Source: Candidatus Eiseniibacteriota bacterium (GTDB lineage Bacteria > Eisenbacteria > RBG-16-71-46 > CAZEPH01). From it: DNA of 41,567 nucleotides. The notes beneath the pieces are model-generated. The model was not told where the DNA came from. It saw only the letters and a list, made by a program, of their open reading frames with translations, and searched no databases. The position numbers were made by a program, and so were the translations under genes. Location of the stretch: assembly GCA_044229145.1 (NCBI GenBank), contig JBGATO010000007.1:1-41567 (forward strand). Reading direction: 5' to 3'. Shown here piece after piece: positions 27,989 to 37,315 of this stretch; position 1 is the stretch's first letter, and each line of letters starts with the position of its first letter.

Positions 27989-28023
27989 GAAGGGGTGCCG
28001 CCCGCGAGGACGGCACCCCTTTC
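27989..28023. terminator. Bidirectional terminator-like hairpin
   Basis: AAGGGGTGCCG-loop-CGGCACCCCTT between convergent genes. Confidence 0.7.
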
Positions 28024-28041
28024 GCGTGCTGCACCCGCTGA

Positions 28042-28890
28042 CTACTTCACCGACTTCACGTATTCGTAGAGCGCCCGCATGTCCTGATCGGTCAGCGCAC
28101 TGAACGACTTCCATGGCATCTTGTCGGTAAGTTCCCGGCCATCGAGGCCGCGGCCCCGGCGAACCGCTGCAGCGAAATCCTCGAAGCTGTGCTCGCTCGC
28201 CATCTGCGCGACGTTCGGCGGGCCTTCGTGCCCACCGTGCAGTGTCGCCCCATGACACGACGTACAGCCACACTGCGTCGCGAGGTACTGGCCATAGCCG
28301 AGGCCGGCCGACGGCGTCACCTCGGGAATCGGCGCGGTCACCGGCGTCTGCACGCTGGTGGGGAACATGCCAAGGCCCACCATGGCCGCGGTGAGGAAGG
28401 TGTATCGATGCGTCGAATCGGGCGTGGTGACGGCGGGCTGCGCGCGCAGGTACGCGATCAACGCGTGGAGGTCGGCATCCGACATGCTGCGGAAGGCGGC
28501 GGAGGGCATGATCAACATCGCGTGCCCATCCCCGGTCACCCCTTCGCGAATGGCGCGCGCGAGCTGGCCGTCGGAATCCTTGCCGAGTTCGGCGCCGCCG
28601 GGCGTGAGGTTGGGCGGATACACGCTCCCCAGCGGCCCGAGGTGGAATCCGACGCCGCCGGCAAGCGGCAACTGGCCCGCCGGCGAGTGACATCCGGTGC
28701 ACCGTGTCATGGCGATGTACGCCCCGCGCGTCACCGCTGCCGAATCGCGCGGTGCGGTCAACGCCGGCGTCGGACGCGCATAAACACGGTGCAGTGCGCG
28801 ATGTCCCTTCGCGGCGGCTCCGAGCACCACCAGCACGAGTGCGACGACCAGCACGCCGAACGCGATCCCCGCGATGCGAAGTCCCTTCAC
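28042..28890 (-). CDS. Membrane-anchored diheme cytochrome c
   Basis: N-terminal TM; CTGCH and CTSCH; PNLTP; Met ligands in IMPS and KMPW; GGAGGAGG RBS. Confidence 0.9.
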   Translation of the reverse strand: MKGLRIAGIAFGVLVVALVLVVLGAAAKGHRALHRVYARPTPALTAPRDSAAVTRGAYIAMTRCTGCHSPAGQLPLAGGVGFHLGPLGSVYPPNLTPGGAELGKDSDGQLARAIREGVTGDGHAMLIMPSAAFRSMSDADLHALIAYLRAQPAVTTPDSTHRYTFLTAAMVGLGMFPTSVQTPVTAPIPEVTPSAGLGYGQYLATQCGCTSCHGATLHGGHEGPPNVAQMASEHSFEDFAAAVRRGRGLDGRELTDKMPWKSFSALTDQDMRALYEYVKSVK

Positions 28891-28902
28891 GCGCGCCTCC
28901 TC

Positions 28903-30306
28903 CTAGACCTGCGTGCTGCCGCGCTTGACGAAGCGGCCGCTGCCTTTGGTGCCGACGAACTGCCCATCCTTCACGACGACGCTGCCGCGCACCAGAACCG
29001 TCGTCGGGGCGCCGACCACCGAGCGTCCTTCATACGGCGTGTAGTCGACGCGCTGGTGCAGCGTGGTGTGCGAGAGCGTCAGCTTCTTCACGGGATCGAA
29101 CACCACGATGTCGCCGTCGCTTCCCACCGCGATCGTGCCCTTCTTCGGGAACAGCCCGAACATCTTGGCCGGCGCGGTGCTGCTCACTTCGACGAAGCGG
29201 TTGAGCGAGAGCCGGCCGCCGCGCACGCCGCCGTCGTGGAGCAGCATGAGACGCGTCTCGACACCAGGCGCGCCGTTCGGAATCTTCGAGAAGTCGTCGA
29301 GCCCCAGTTCCTTCTGGATCGGCAGGCCGGCGAAACCGGTCTTCATGCAGAACGGACAGTGGTCGGTGGAGACGACCTGCAGATCATCGTACTTGAGCCC
29401 CTTCCACAACACGTCCTGATTCCACTTTTCGCGCAGCGGGGGCGACATGACGTACTTCGCGCCATTGAAGCCTTCTTCCTCATAGTTGTCGTACGAGAGG
29501 AAGAGGTATTGCGGACAGGTTTCGGCGAACGCTGGCAGTCCACGGTCGCGCGCCGCCTTGACCTGGTCGAGCGCATCGCTGCAGGACAAGTGCACGAAGT
29601 AGATCGGCACGCCCGCCATCTCGGCGAGCGCGATCGCGCGGCCGGTGGCCTCGCCTTCCGCGCGGCTCGGCCGCGTCAGCGCGTGGTACTTCGGCGCCGT
29701 GTGGCCCTTGGCGAGCGCCTCCTTCACCAGCAAGTCGATGACGCCACCGTTCTCGGCGTGCATGCAGATCAAACCACCGTTCTCACCGGTGCGGCGCAGC
29801 GCCTTGAAGATGGTCGCATCGTCGACCATGAACACGCCGGGATAGGCCATGAACAACTTGAACGACGACACGCCTTCGCGCACCAGTTCGTCCATGTCGG
29901 CGAGTGCGACGTCTGGCAGGTCGGTGACGATCATGTGCAAGCCGTAGTCGATCGCGACCTTACCGTCGGCCTTGCCGCGCCACGCCGCGAACGCATCCTG
30001 CAGCGCCGTGCCCTTCGCCTGCACGGCGAAGTCGACGATGGTCGTGGTCCCGCCGCACGCGGCGGCGATGGTGCCGGTCTCGAAGTCGTCGCTCGAGAAC
30101 GTGCCGCCGAAGGGCAGCTCCATGTGCGTGTGCACGTCGACCCCACCCGGCAGCAGGTACTGACCCGCGGCATCGATGGTGGTGTCGGCGGGGAACGGCA
30201 ACCCGCGTCCGATCGCGCGGATCACGCCGTCCTCGATGTAGACGTCGGCGACGTAGTCGTCGGTGGCGGTGATGATGCGGCCGCCGGTGATCAGGGTCGT
30301 GGCCAT
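28903..30306 (-). CDS. hydA: Dihydropyrimidinase
   Basis: PGGVDVHTH, AACGGTTT, SSFKLFMAY, MHAENG, VHLS, ETCPQYL, STDHCPF, KIPNG.PG. Confidence 0.93.
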   Translation of the reverse strand: MATTLITGGRIITATDDYVADVYIEDGVIRAIGRGLPFPADTTIDAAGQYLLPGGVDVHTHMELPFGGTFSSDDFETGTIAAACGGTTTIVDFAVQAKGTALQDAFAAWRGKADGKVAIDYGLHMIVTDLPDVALADMDELVREGVSSFKLFMAYPGVFMVDDATIFKALRRTGENGGLICMHAENGGVIDLLVKEALAKGHTAPKYHALTRPSRAEGEATGRAIALAEMAGVPIYFVHLSCSDALDQVKAARDRGLPAFAETCPQYLFLSYDNYEEEGFNGAKYVMSPPLREKWNQDVLWKGLKYDDLQVVSTDHCPFCMKTGFAGLPIQKELGLDDFSKIPNGAPGVETRLMLLHDGGVRGGRLSLNRFVEVSSTAPAKMFGLFPKKGTIAVGSDGDIVVFDPVKKLTLSHTTLHQRVDYTPYEGRSVVGAPTTVLVRGSVVVKDGQFVGTKGSGRFVKRGSTQV

Positions 30307-30334
30307 GTGGTGCCTCCTGAAAGCGCCGCGCCGG

Positions 30335-31597
30335 CTAACTGCCGAAACGCGGATTCACGACGTTGTTGAAGATAGATCCAAAGCTATAACTGAAACCCAC
30401 GGTCGTCGAGTAGTAATAGCCGCTCGCCAGGGCGCGACGCTGGAGCAGGATCTCCTCGTCGGTGGCACCACGGCGCGGCAGGGACAACTGATCGTGGACG
30501 CGCGAATAATTGCCGGACACCGTCAGCGACAGTCCCTCGGTGACGCGCAGAGAGAGCGACGTGCTGAGCTCGGCGCGATGGCGGCGGAAATCGTGCCAGT
30601 AGTGGGAGCCCGACAGGTAGACCGACGCGCTGCCCCACGGCTCCTTGCGACTGAAGGTGACATCGAGGCTTTCGAGCCAGAGCGTCTCGCGTGTCTTGGC
30701 GAACACAGTCTCTTCCGCGTACCGATAGACGCGCGGACCGGTGTGATAGAGCAGGCGCAGACTCTGGCGCGAGGCGGCCGCATAGGGATAGACATCGAAT
30801 TCGAGCGCGGGTTGCACGGACAGCAGGAGGTCGACATTGTCGTAGCTCGAATGACTCGCGCGCAGGAATCCGCCGGCCGACCAGTGCGCGCCGACGCTCC
30901 TCACCACGGTTCCGCGGATCGCGTAGTCGTCACTCGTGCTGACGATGTGCTGATCGGACAGCTGATACGACTGACGCGTGTAGTTGGTGCTGACCGACCA
31001 ATTGTGCTTCCACGTATCCGTGACCCGGTCCGCGGTGAGATCGCCAAAGACGCCGGCGGACTTCTGCGCCTCTTGACCGTACACGGAACCGGTCAGGCTG
31101 ACCGAGAACACCCAGGCATGCCAGGGATCGTGAGCGCTGGTGCGGGAGAACGGAAGGGTGGCTGGGTCGGCGGGTTGCACGCGCAACCCTTCGGCGGCAC
31201 CGGTGCGGAGCGCGAAGCGGGCGAGTCCGAGCGCGAGCACGTGACTCAACCGATGCCGCTCGCGGTCTTCGGTCTCGGTGGGGCCGCTGACGGCATGCAG
31301 CGTGTCGGCCAGGCCGGCGCACCGGCCGGCCCCGATCAATGTGAGCGTCCGGTCCTGCCCGCCGCTCCCCGTGGACTGCGCAGTGACGAGAATGTGCACG
31401 TCCGCCTCTGCCGGGTCGCGCACGTAGTCGACGAAGCGCAATTCCTCGCGGAGGAAATCCTCGTCGCAGTCATCGCAGTCGAGGAAGACCCGGACCCGGG
31501 TGGCGGCTGAGTCGGCGGCCACCGGCGCCGCCGGGGCGCTGGCGACCACACCGAGCAACAGGCACGCCGCCGCGAGCGCGACGGCGTGACTTCGCAT
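30335..31597 (-). CDS. Putative outer-membrane beta-barrel protein with N-terminal CxxC domain
   Basis: Signal peptide; VFLDCDDC domain; long run of amphipathic aromatic-rich strands ending VGFSYSFGS...RFGS; ATG overlaps the preA stop (TGATG). Confidence 0.7.
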   Translation of the reverse strand: MRSHAVALAAACLLLGVVASAPAAPVAADSAATRVRVFLDCDDCDEDFLREELRFVDYVRDPAEADVHILVTAQSTGSGGQDRTLTLIGAGRCAGLADTLHAVSGPTETEDRERHRLSHVLALGLARFALRTGAAEGLRVQPADPATLPFSRTSAHDPWHAWVFSVSLTGSVYGQEAQKSAGVFGDLTADRVTDTWKHNWSVSTNYTRQSYQLSDQHIVSTSDDYAIRGTVVRSVGAHWSAGGFLRASHSSYDNVDLLLSVQPALEFDVYPYAAASRQSLRLLYHTGPRVYRYAEETVFAKTRETLWLESLDVTFSRKEPWGSASVYLSGSHYWHDFRRHRAELSTSLSLRVTEGLSLTVSGNYSRVHDQLSLPRRGATDEEILLQRRALASGYYYSTTVGFSYSFGSIFNNVVNPRFGS

Positions 31598-33015
31598 CAC
31601 GCCTCGCGCGCCAGCCGTGCCTGCCGCTCGTTCCACGATTCGCGCGGACGGTCGACAAACACCCGTTCCATGGTGATGCAGCCCGGCACCGGACAGACCA
31701 GCGCGCACAGATTGCAGCCAACGCATTCGGTCTCGTCGACGATCGGCCACACGACATCGCGCGCGGCCGCGCCGTGCATCGGATGCGCGCGCTGGGCTTG
31801 CGCGGCCGCATCACCGTGGGCCCGCGCGTCGAGCCGCGCGCGCTGCGCCGCCACCGCCCGCTGGTGCGCCCCGGCCCCGCCCGTTCCGCTCAACGCCGTC
31901 GCGGCGAGCGCGCCGTCGGGGTCGGCCTCGAGGTTGATGCACTGGTGGGCGCCGTCCATGCAGGCGATGTAGCACAGGTTGCAGTGCACGCACTGGTCGC
32001 GGTGGACGAACGCCACCACCTTGTGATTGAGGTCGAGATCGCCCCAGTTGCGGACACGCTGGTTACTCTTCCCCACCAGTTCGCTCACCGACGCCATGCC
32101 CTTCGCGTCGAGGTAGTTCGAGAGCCCGGCGATCATGTCCTCGACGATCCGGTAGCCGTAGTGCATGACCGCAGTACACACCTGAACGCTCGACGACCCG
32201 AGGGCGATGAACTCCGCGGCGTCGCGCCACGTCGCGATGCCGCCGATGCCGCTGATCGGCACCGTCACCGCGGGATCGTTCGCAAGGGCGGACACCATGT
32301 TGAGGGCGATCGGTTTCACCGCCGGCCCGCAGTAGCCGCCGTGCGCGCTCTCCCCGCCGACATTCGGATTCGGCGCGAATGTATCCAGATTGACCGACAT
32401 GACACTGTTGATCGTGTTGATCAACGATAGTCCATCCGCACCACCGCGCACCGCGGCGCGGCCGACCGTGGTGACGTCGCCGACGTTCGGCGTGAGCTTC
32501 ACCAGCACGGGAATCTGCGAGGCTTCCTTGACCCACGACGTGATCATCTCGGCGTACTCCGGGACCTGCCCGACGGCGGCCCCCATGCCGCGCTCGCTCA
32601 TCCCGTGTGGACAGCCGAAGTTGAGTTCGAACGCGTCGCAGCCGGTGTCCTGACACTTCTTCACCATCTCGTGCCACGACTCGCGCTTCGATTCCACCAT
32701 CAGCGAAATGATTACGGCGCGGTCCGGCCACGCGCGCTTGACCTCGCGCACTTCGCGCAAGTTCACTTCGAGCGGCCGGTCGGTGATGAGTTCGATGTTG
32801 TTGAGACCGAGCATGCGCGTGTTGCCGTAGTCGATCGCCGCCAGGCGCGGCGACACGTTGACGATCGGATCGCCGAGCGTCTTCCACACGGCGCCGCCCC
32901 AGCCCGCCTCGAAGGCACGCGAGATCATTTCGCCAGTGTTGGTGGGAGGCGCCGAGGCGAGCCAAAATGGATTCGGGCTGGTGATGCCTGCCATGCGGGT
33001 GGTGAGGTCTGCCAT
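31597..33015 (-). CDS. preA: NAD-dependent dihydropyrimidine dehydrogenase subunit PreA
   Basis: NPFWLASAPP, WGGAVWKT, NNIELI, ELNFGCPHG, KLTPN, INT; two C-terminal ferredoxin motifs. Confidence 0.95.
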   Translation of the reverse strand: MADLTTRMAGITSPNPFWLASAPPTNTGEMISRAFEAGWGGAVWKTLGDPIVNVSPRLAAIDYGNTRMLGLNNIELITDRPLEVNLREVREVKRAWPDRAVIISLMVESKRESWHEMVKKCQDTGCDAFELNFGCPHGMSERGMGAAVGQVPEYAEMITSWVKEASQIPVLVKLTPNVGDVTTVGRAAVRGGADGLSLINTINSVMSVNLDTFAPNPNVGGESAHGGYCGPAVKPIALNMVSALANDPAVTVPISGIGGIATWRDAAEFIALGSSSVQVCTAVMHYGYRIVEDMIAGLSNYLDAKGMASVSELVGKSNQRVRNWGDLDLNHKVVAFVHRDQCVHCNLCYIACMDGAHQCINLEADPDGALAATALSGTGGAGAHQRAVAAQRARLDARAHGDAAAQAQRAHPMHGAAARDVVWPIVDETECVGCNLCALVCPVPGCITMERVFVDRPRESWNERQARLAREA

Positions 33016-33033
33016 CGTCGAATCTCCCGCGCG

Positions 33034-34386
33034 CTACGCGCTCACGCCCCAGAATCGCAGGATGCCCTGCGCGGCCATACGTCCGTCGTCGACGGCGTTT
33101 ACCGCCTCGAGACCACCGTTCACCAAGTCGCCGCCGGCGAAGACCTTGGGATTCGCGGTCTGGCGCGTCGCGGCGTCCGCCACCGCCGCGCCGTTCGCGT
33201 GTGCAACACCGAACGCGTCGAGCAAGCCGGTGGGCTTCGCTTGGCCGACCGCGCGGATCACCACGTCGGCGTCGAGCGCAAACTCGCTCCCGGCGATCGC
33301 CACCGGCGCACGACGTCCATGCGCATCCGGCGCGCTCAGTGTCGCGCGCTGACAGATCAGCCGTTCCACCCGTCCGGCGCCCTCGACGCGCACCGGAATC
33401 GTGAGGAAATGGAAGCGCACGCCGAGTTCGCGCGCCATCTTCACTTCGCCGGGATACGCGCCCATGGTGTCGGCGGTCCGGCGATACACGACATCCACGC
33501 TCTCGGCGCCGAGTTTCGCGGCGGAGTTCGCGGCATCCATCGCGGTATTGCCGGCGCCCACCACGATGGTGCGGCGGCCAACCGCGACCGACTCCAACGG
33601 CTGCGTGCGGATGCGGCCGATGAACTCGAGCGCGTCCCACACTCCGTCGAGGTCTTCGCCCGGAATGCCGAGCGGCTTCACGCTGCCGGTGCCGATGCCG
33701 AGGAACACGGCATCGAACTCCCGCAGCAGATCATCGGCGCTGACGTCGCGGCCCACCGCGCAGTTGACACGGATGGTGACGCCGAGATCTTCGACCAAGG
33801 CGACCTCGTGCCGCGAGATGTCGTTGGGCAAGCGATACGGCACGATGCCGTAGGTGGCGAGACCGCCGGCCAGCGGCTTCGCCTCGAAGACGGTGACGCT
33901 GGCACCGCGGCGCGCGAGTTCGAGTGCGCAGGCAAGCCCCGCGGGGCCGCTGCCGATGACCGCCGCGCGCTTGCCGAGCGAGCCGCGCGGCGCCGAGGGC
34001 GGCAAGGGTGGCGCGGCGGAAGTCGCGTCGGTGGCGAAACGCTGCAACCGTCCGATCGCGATCGGAGCGTGCATCTCGTTCATCACGCACGCGCCCTCGC
34101 ACAGCGCTTCCACCGGGCAGACGCGGGCGCAGCTGGCTCCCAGCGGATTCGCGCCAAGAATGGTCTGCGCCGCGCCCACCGCATCGCCAGCCGCGATCCG
34201 CTTGATGAAGTGCGGGACCGGGATCGACGTCGGACACGCCACCTGACACGGCGCCTCGAAGCAGTACAGACACCGGCTGGCCTCGAGCTGCGCCTCGCGC
34301 TCGCTGAGCGGCGCATGATGTTCGGCGAAATTGTGCTGCAAGACCTCCGCCGACAACGGCGCGGCCTGCCAGGACGGATGGCTCAC
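33034..34386 (-). CDS. preT: Dihydropyrimidine dehydrogenase subunit PreT (GltD-like)
   Basis: EASRCLYCFEAPC..ACP, CARVCP..LCEGAC, IGSGPAG, VGAGNTAMD; adjacent to preA. Start taken at GTG 34386. Confidence 0.9.
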   Translation of the reverse strand: MSHPSWQAAPLSAEVLQHNFAEHHAPLSEREAQLEASRCLYCFEAPCQVACPTSIPVPHFIKRIAAGDAVGAAQTILGANPLGASCARVCPVEALCEGACVMNEMHAPIAIGRLQRFATDATSAAPPLPPSAPRGSLGKRAAVIGSGPAGLACALELARRGASVTVFEAKPLAGGLATYGIVPYRLPNDISRHEVALVEDLGVTIRVNCAVGRDVSADDLLREFDAVFLGIGTGSVKPLGIPGEDLDGVWDALEFIGRIRTQPLESVAVGRRTIVVGAGNTAMDAANSAAKLGAESVDVVYRRTADTMGAYPGEVKMARELGVRFHFLTIPVRVEGAGRVERLICQRATLSAPDAHGRRAPVAIAGSEFALDADVVIRAVGQAKPTGLLDAFGVAHANGAAVADAATRQTANPKVFAGGDLVNGGLEAVNAVDDGRMAAQGILRFWGVSA

Positions 34387-34461
34387 GATGCACCCTCGGG
34401 GTCGGGACGAACGATGGACGATCCTTCGCACGGAGCCGCCTGGCTCCACGGGGAAACGTTC

Positions 34462-34491
34462 ATTGTCTCTAGCGGACGGGCCATCTGTCAA
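34462..34491 (-). promoter_or_regulatory. Putative promoter of the preT operon
   Basis: TTGACA (34491-86) - 18 nt - GACAAT (34467-62). Confidence 0.45.
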
Positions 34492-34515
34492 ACCTCCCGC
34501 GCTGGCGGGCCGGCC

Positions 34516-36654
34516 CTACGGGCGATGGACGAGATCGGCCTTCCGTGCAAACGTCGCGCGACTGCTGGTTTCGAGTCCGGTGCCTTCGTCATGCACCGTG
34601 ACCTCGACCTCGTAGTCGCCCGCATCGAGCGCGGAGACGTCGATGGCGAAACTACGAGCCAGGGTCGACGATTTGATCACGTCGTGGAATTCCGTGGTGA
34701 TGACGCCGGCCTTGCGCGGGCGGCCGAATAGCCCGCCGGGGCGCGCTTTGAGTCCGGTGCGCAGGTCGGCGGGATCCGGCATCTCGCGAATCGTGGCGCC
34801 GACGCGCGCGCGCGCCGTGCCGGTGATGTCGCGCGCCAAGTTGTACGCCTCGAAGGCGAGCACGAGCGGTTGATCGCCGCCGAGGGTTTGCACCGGCATG
34901 GGCAGCGTGACCCGCGGGCCGCGCACCAACGCCGAATCGTCGGCCACCATCTGGATGTCGGAGAGACACAGAGTCGGCGGATACTCCGGCGCCAGCGCGC
35001 CCTCGCGCCGTGCCCCGATCGTCGCCGAGTCCTCCATCGCGGTCGCCAGGTAGTAGTGGCCGGGCGGCGCGGTGAGTTCCAGCGCCGCCACCAGCAGCGG
35101 CCCCTCGACGGTCTCCACCTGCATGAATGGCCCGCGCGACACCGTGCGCGCGACCTCGCGCCACGCCGGATCGAACAGCACGGCGGTGGCCGTCAGGGCC
35201 TGCGCGGTGTCGGAAGCGGCCACTGTGCTGTCGACCACCATCGCGCCGACCACCGTATCCGCAAGGGCGCCGCGCGCGCGGGCAGCCTGGCGGTCGCGCG
35301 CCGCCTGCTGCAAACTCGCGGGCGACACGCCGAGCGCGATGCGATGCCGCACGTCCCCGAGCCCCTGCGCCGCGAACGCCGCATGCGTCGAATGGAACGC
35401 CACGATGCGGCGACGGAAATCGATCGGCACCAGGAAGGCGCCACGATCCAGCAGTGCCGCGCCGCGCCGCTCGCGTGCGGTGGTGATCATGCGTTCATGC
35501 TCGAGCGCGGGATCCCATCCGATACCGCCGGTCGTCGGGCTGCGGAAGATCGGGCGATCGCGCGTCCCGCGATTGAGGTAGGGCCGGATTTCATTGACGC
35601 GTGTGGTGAACGGAAATGTATACGTACCGCTGAGCGTGGTCTCCGACATCCGGATGTCCATCGCAAAACGCGGATACCGCCACACGATTTCGTCGGGCAC
35701 CGCCACCGTAATGATGTCACCGTTGGAGAGTTGACGCTCCTGCTCGACGAGGTCGACGACATCGGGCGCACCAAATCGCACATAGGTGTCGCCGCGGGCA
35801 TCCCACCACTTCTGCCCCGATGGCCGAAAGAAGACGAACGCCAAAGTGACGCGATGATAGAACTCGAGTTGGAATTCGTTGGCACTCGTGGTCGGCGTCG
35901 GATCGTGCGATTTCCAGAAGATGCGCAGCCACGCGGGCCTGTCCTCGAGCGACAGCTGCCCGAAGGCATCGCGATCGGCGCCGGTGGCCACCGGCCGCAC
36001 GTCGGTGAATCCATTGCGTTCGATGGGACCGAGCTTGCGAATGCCGCGTTCGAATTCGCGCTCCGCCTCGCCGAGCGATCCGAGCGCGTGCAGCGCGCTC
36101 GCGTGCAAGAGCAGCGCCCACGCCGGCGCCGTGTCATCGAGGCGCGCACCGAGCACCGCGCGTGCGCGCTCGGCGGCGCCGCGCTCGCACTGCAGCGCCG
36201 CGAAGTGCGTGAGCGCCACCCAATCGGCGGAGTCCGCGGGAGCGCCGGTCTCGGGCAGCGCCTGTTCGAATTCGTCGATGGCACGCTGCATCGCGCGGGG
36301 CTCGCGATAGCGCCCCCACTCGCGTTCCCACAGACGGCCGATCTCGCGATGCGCCTCACGATTCGCGGGATCGAGCTTCAGCAGGCGCTGGAAGTAGGTG
36401 CGCCCGAGCGCGAACTTTTCCTCAATGATCGCCAGACGCCCGAAGAGCGCGAGCGCGGTGCGATTCGTCCGATCGCGCTTGAGCGCATTACCCAGGATGT
36501 GCTCGACGTTCTTGTGATCCTCGACGCTGCCGTGCGCGATCAGTCCCGCCAGCGCGAGGGAATCGAGCGCCGGAGCGGCGGGAGAGTCAGCCCGCGTCGC
36601 GGGGGGATGCGCGAGGCTGAGCGACAGCAGGAGTGCGGTCGCGAGCCGTCTCAT
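34516..36654 (-). CDS. GWxTD-domain protein with N-terminal TPRs
   Basis: Signal peptide; TPR-like helices; FWKSHDPTPTT..NE...E.Y.R...A...F, WWDARG..YVRFG.PD; C-terminal Ig-like LDAGDYEVEVTV.D. Confidence 0.8.
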   Translation of the reverse strand: MRRLATALLLSLSLAHPPATRADSPAAPALDSLALAGLIAHGSVEDHKNVEHILGNALKRDRTNRTALALFGRLAIIEEKFALGRTYFQRLLKLDPANREAHREIGRLWEREWGRYREPRAMQRAIDEFEQALPETGAPADSADWVALTHFAALQCERGAAERARAVLGARLDDTAPAWALLLHASALHALGSLGEAEREFERGIRKLGPIERNGFTDVRPVATGADRDAFGQLSLEDRPAWLRIFWKSHDPTPTTSANEFQLEFYHRVTLAFVFFRPSGQKWWDARGDTYVRFGAPDVVDLVEQERQLSNGDIITVAVPDEIVWRYPRFAMDIRMSETTLSGTYTFPFTTRVNEIRPYLNRGTRDRPIFRSPTTGGIGWDPALEHERMITTARERRGAALLDRGAFLVPIDFRRRIVAFHSTHAAFAAQGLGDVRHRIALGVSPASLQQAARDRQAARARGALADTVVGAMVVDSTVAASDTAQALTATAVLFDPAWREVARTVSRGPFMQVETVEGPLLVAALELTAPPGHYYLATAMEDSATIGARREGALAPEYPPTLCLSDIQMVADDSALVRGPRVTLPMPVQTLGGDQPLVLAFEAYNLARDITGTARARVGATIREMPDPADLRTGLKARPGGLFGRPRKAGVITTEFHDVIKSSTLARSFAIDVSALDAGDYEVEVTVHDEGTGLETSSRATFARKADLVHRP

Positions 36655-36659
36655 GCGAA

Positions 36660-37109
36660 TCAGCCGGTGGCGTCCGGCGCGGGACGGAGCTTGGTCAGCC
36701 TCACCGTGGTGCCGGCCTCACTCCAATCGAATTCGACGTGATCCATCAACGCGCGCATCAGGGCAATGCCGCGTCCACGGGTCGCGAAAATGTCTTCGGG
36801 CAGCGCATCGTCGTCGTCGCCGGGCTCACGATTCACCAAGCCATTGCCGTAATCACGGACGATCACCACGAACTCGTCGCCATGCATTTCGGCCCGGATC
36901 TCGACCGGCTTCGCCTCGTCCATCTGATTGCCGTGCTGGATGGCATTGGTCACTGCTTCAGTGATGCCGACTACTACGGCGCCCTTGGTGTCGTCGTCGA
37001 AACTCATGATGCCAAGGAGATTTTCGAAGAAGCCGCACAGGGCGAAGATGTAGTCGAGCCGGCTGGGAATCGTCAGGTGGAAGTCGGACTGTCCGATCGC
37101 AGAGACCAT
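36660..37109 (-). CDS. RsbW/SpoIIAB-like anti-sigma factor / Ser kinase (HATPase_c)
   Basis: IPS, EAVTNAIQHGN, VRDYGNG, RGRGIALM.ALMD, GTTVRLTK. Confidence 0.9.
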   Translation of the reverse strand: MVSAIGQSDFHLTIPSRLDYIFALCGFFENLLGIMSFDDDTKGAVVVGITEAVTNAIQHGNQMDEAKPVEIRAEMHGDEFVVIVRDYGNGLVNREPGDDDDALPEDIFATRGRGIALMRALMDHVEFDWSEAGTTVRLTKLRPAPDATG

Positions 37110-37146
37110 GGCGGGCTCGCACTCCAGAGTCAGGTGCCGCGGCGGC

Positions 37147-37175
37147 TTGACATCGCCTCCTCGCAACTCTACCAT
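37147..37175 (+). promoter_or_regulatory. Sigma70-type promoter for STAS gene
   Basis: TTGACA (37147-52) - 17 nt - TACCAT (37170-75). Confidence 0.7.
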
Positions 37176-37206
37176 CCGCCGCACGTTCTGGACATGGGCA
37201 GGCCTC

Positions 37207-37235
37207 AGTGTAGGAAACTCTTCCCTCCAGGGCAA
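37207..37235 (-). promoter_or_regulatory. Sigma70-type promoter for RsbW-like/GWxTD operon
   Basis: TTGCCC (37235-30) - 17 nt - TACACT (37212-07). Confidence 0.6.
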
Positions 37236-37315
37236 GTAGTCCCCCGCGCGGTCACGCGAACTTTCGGATGACCGCTCCCAGGCGACACGCATCACAGAGG
37301 TCGAGGATCCCGGAC

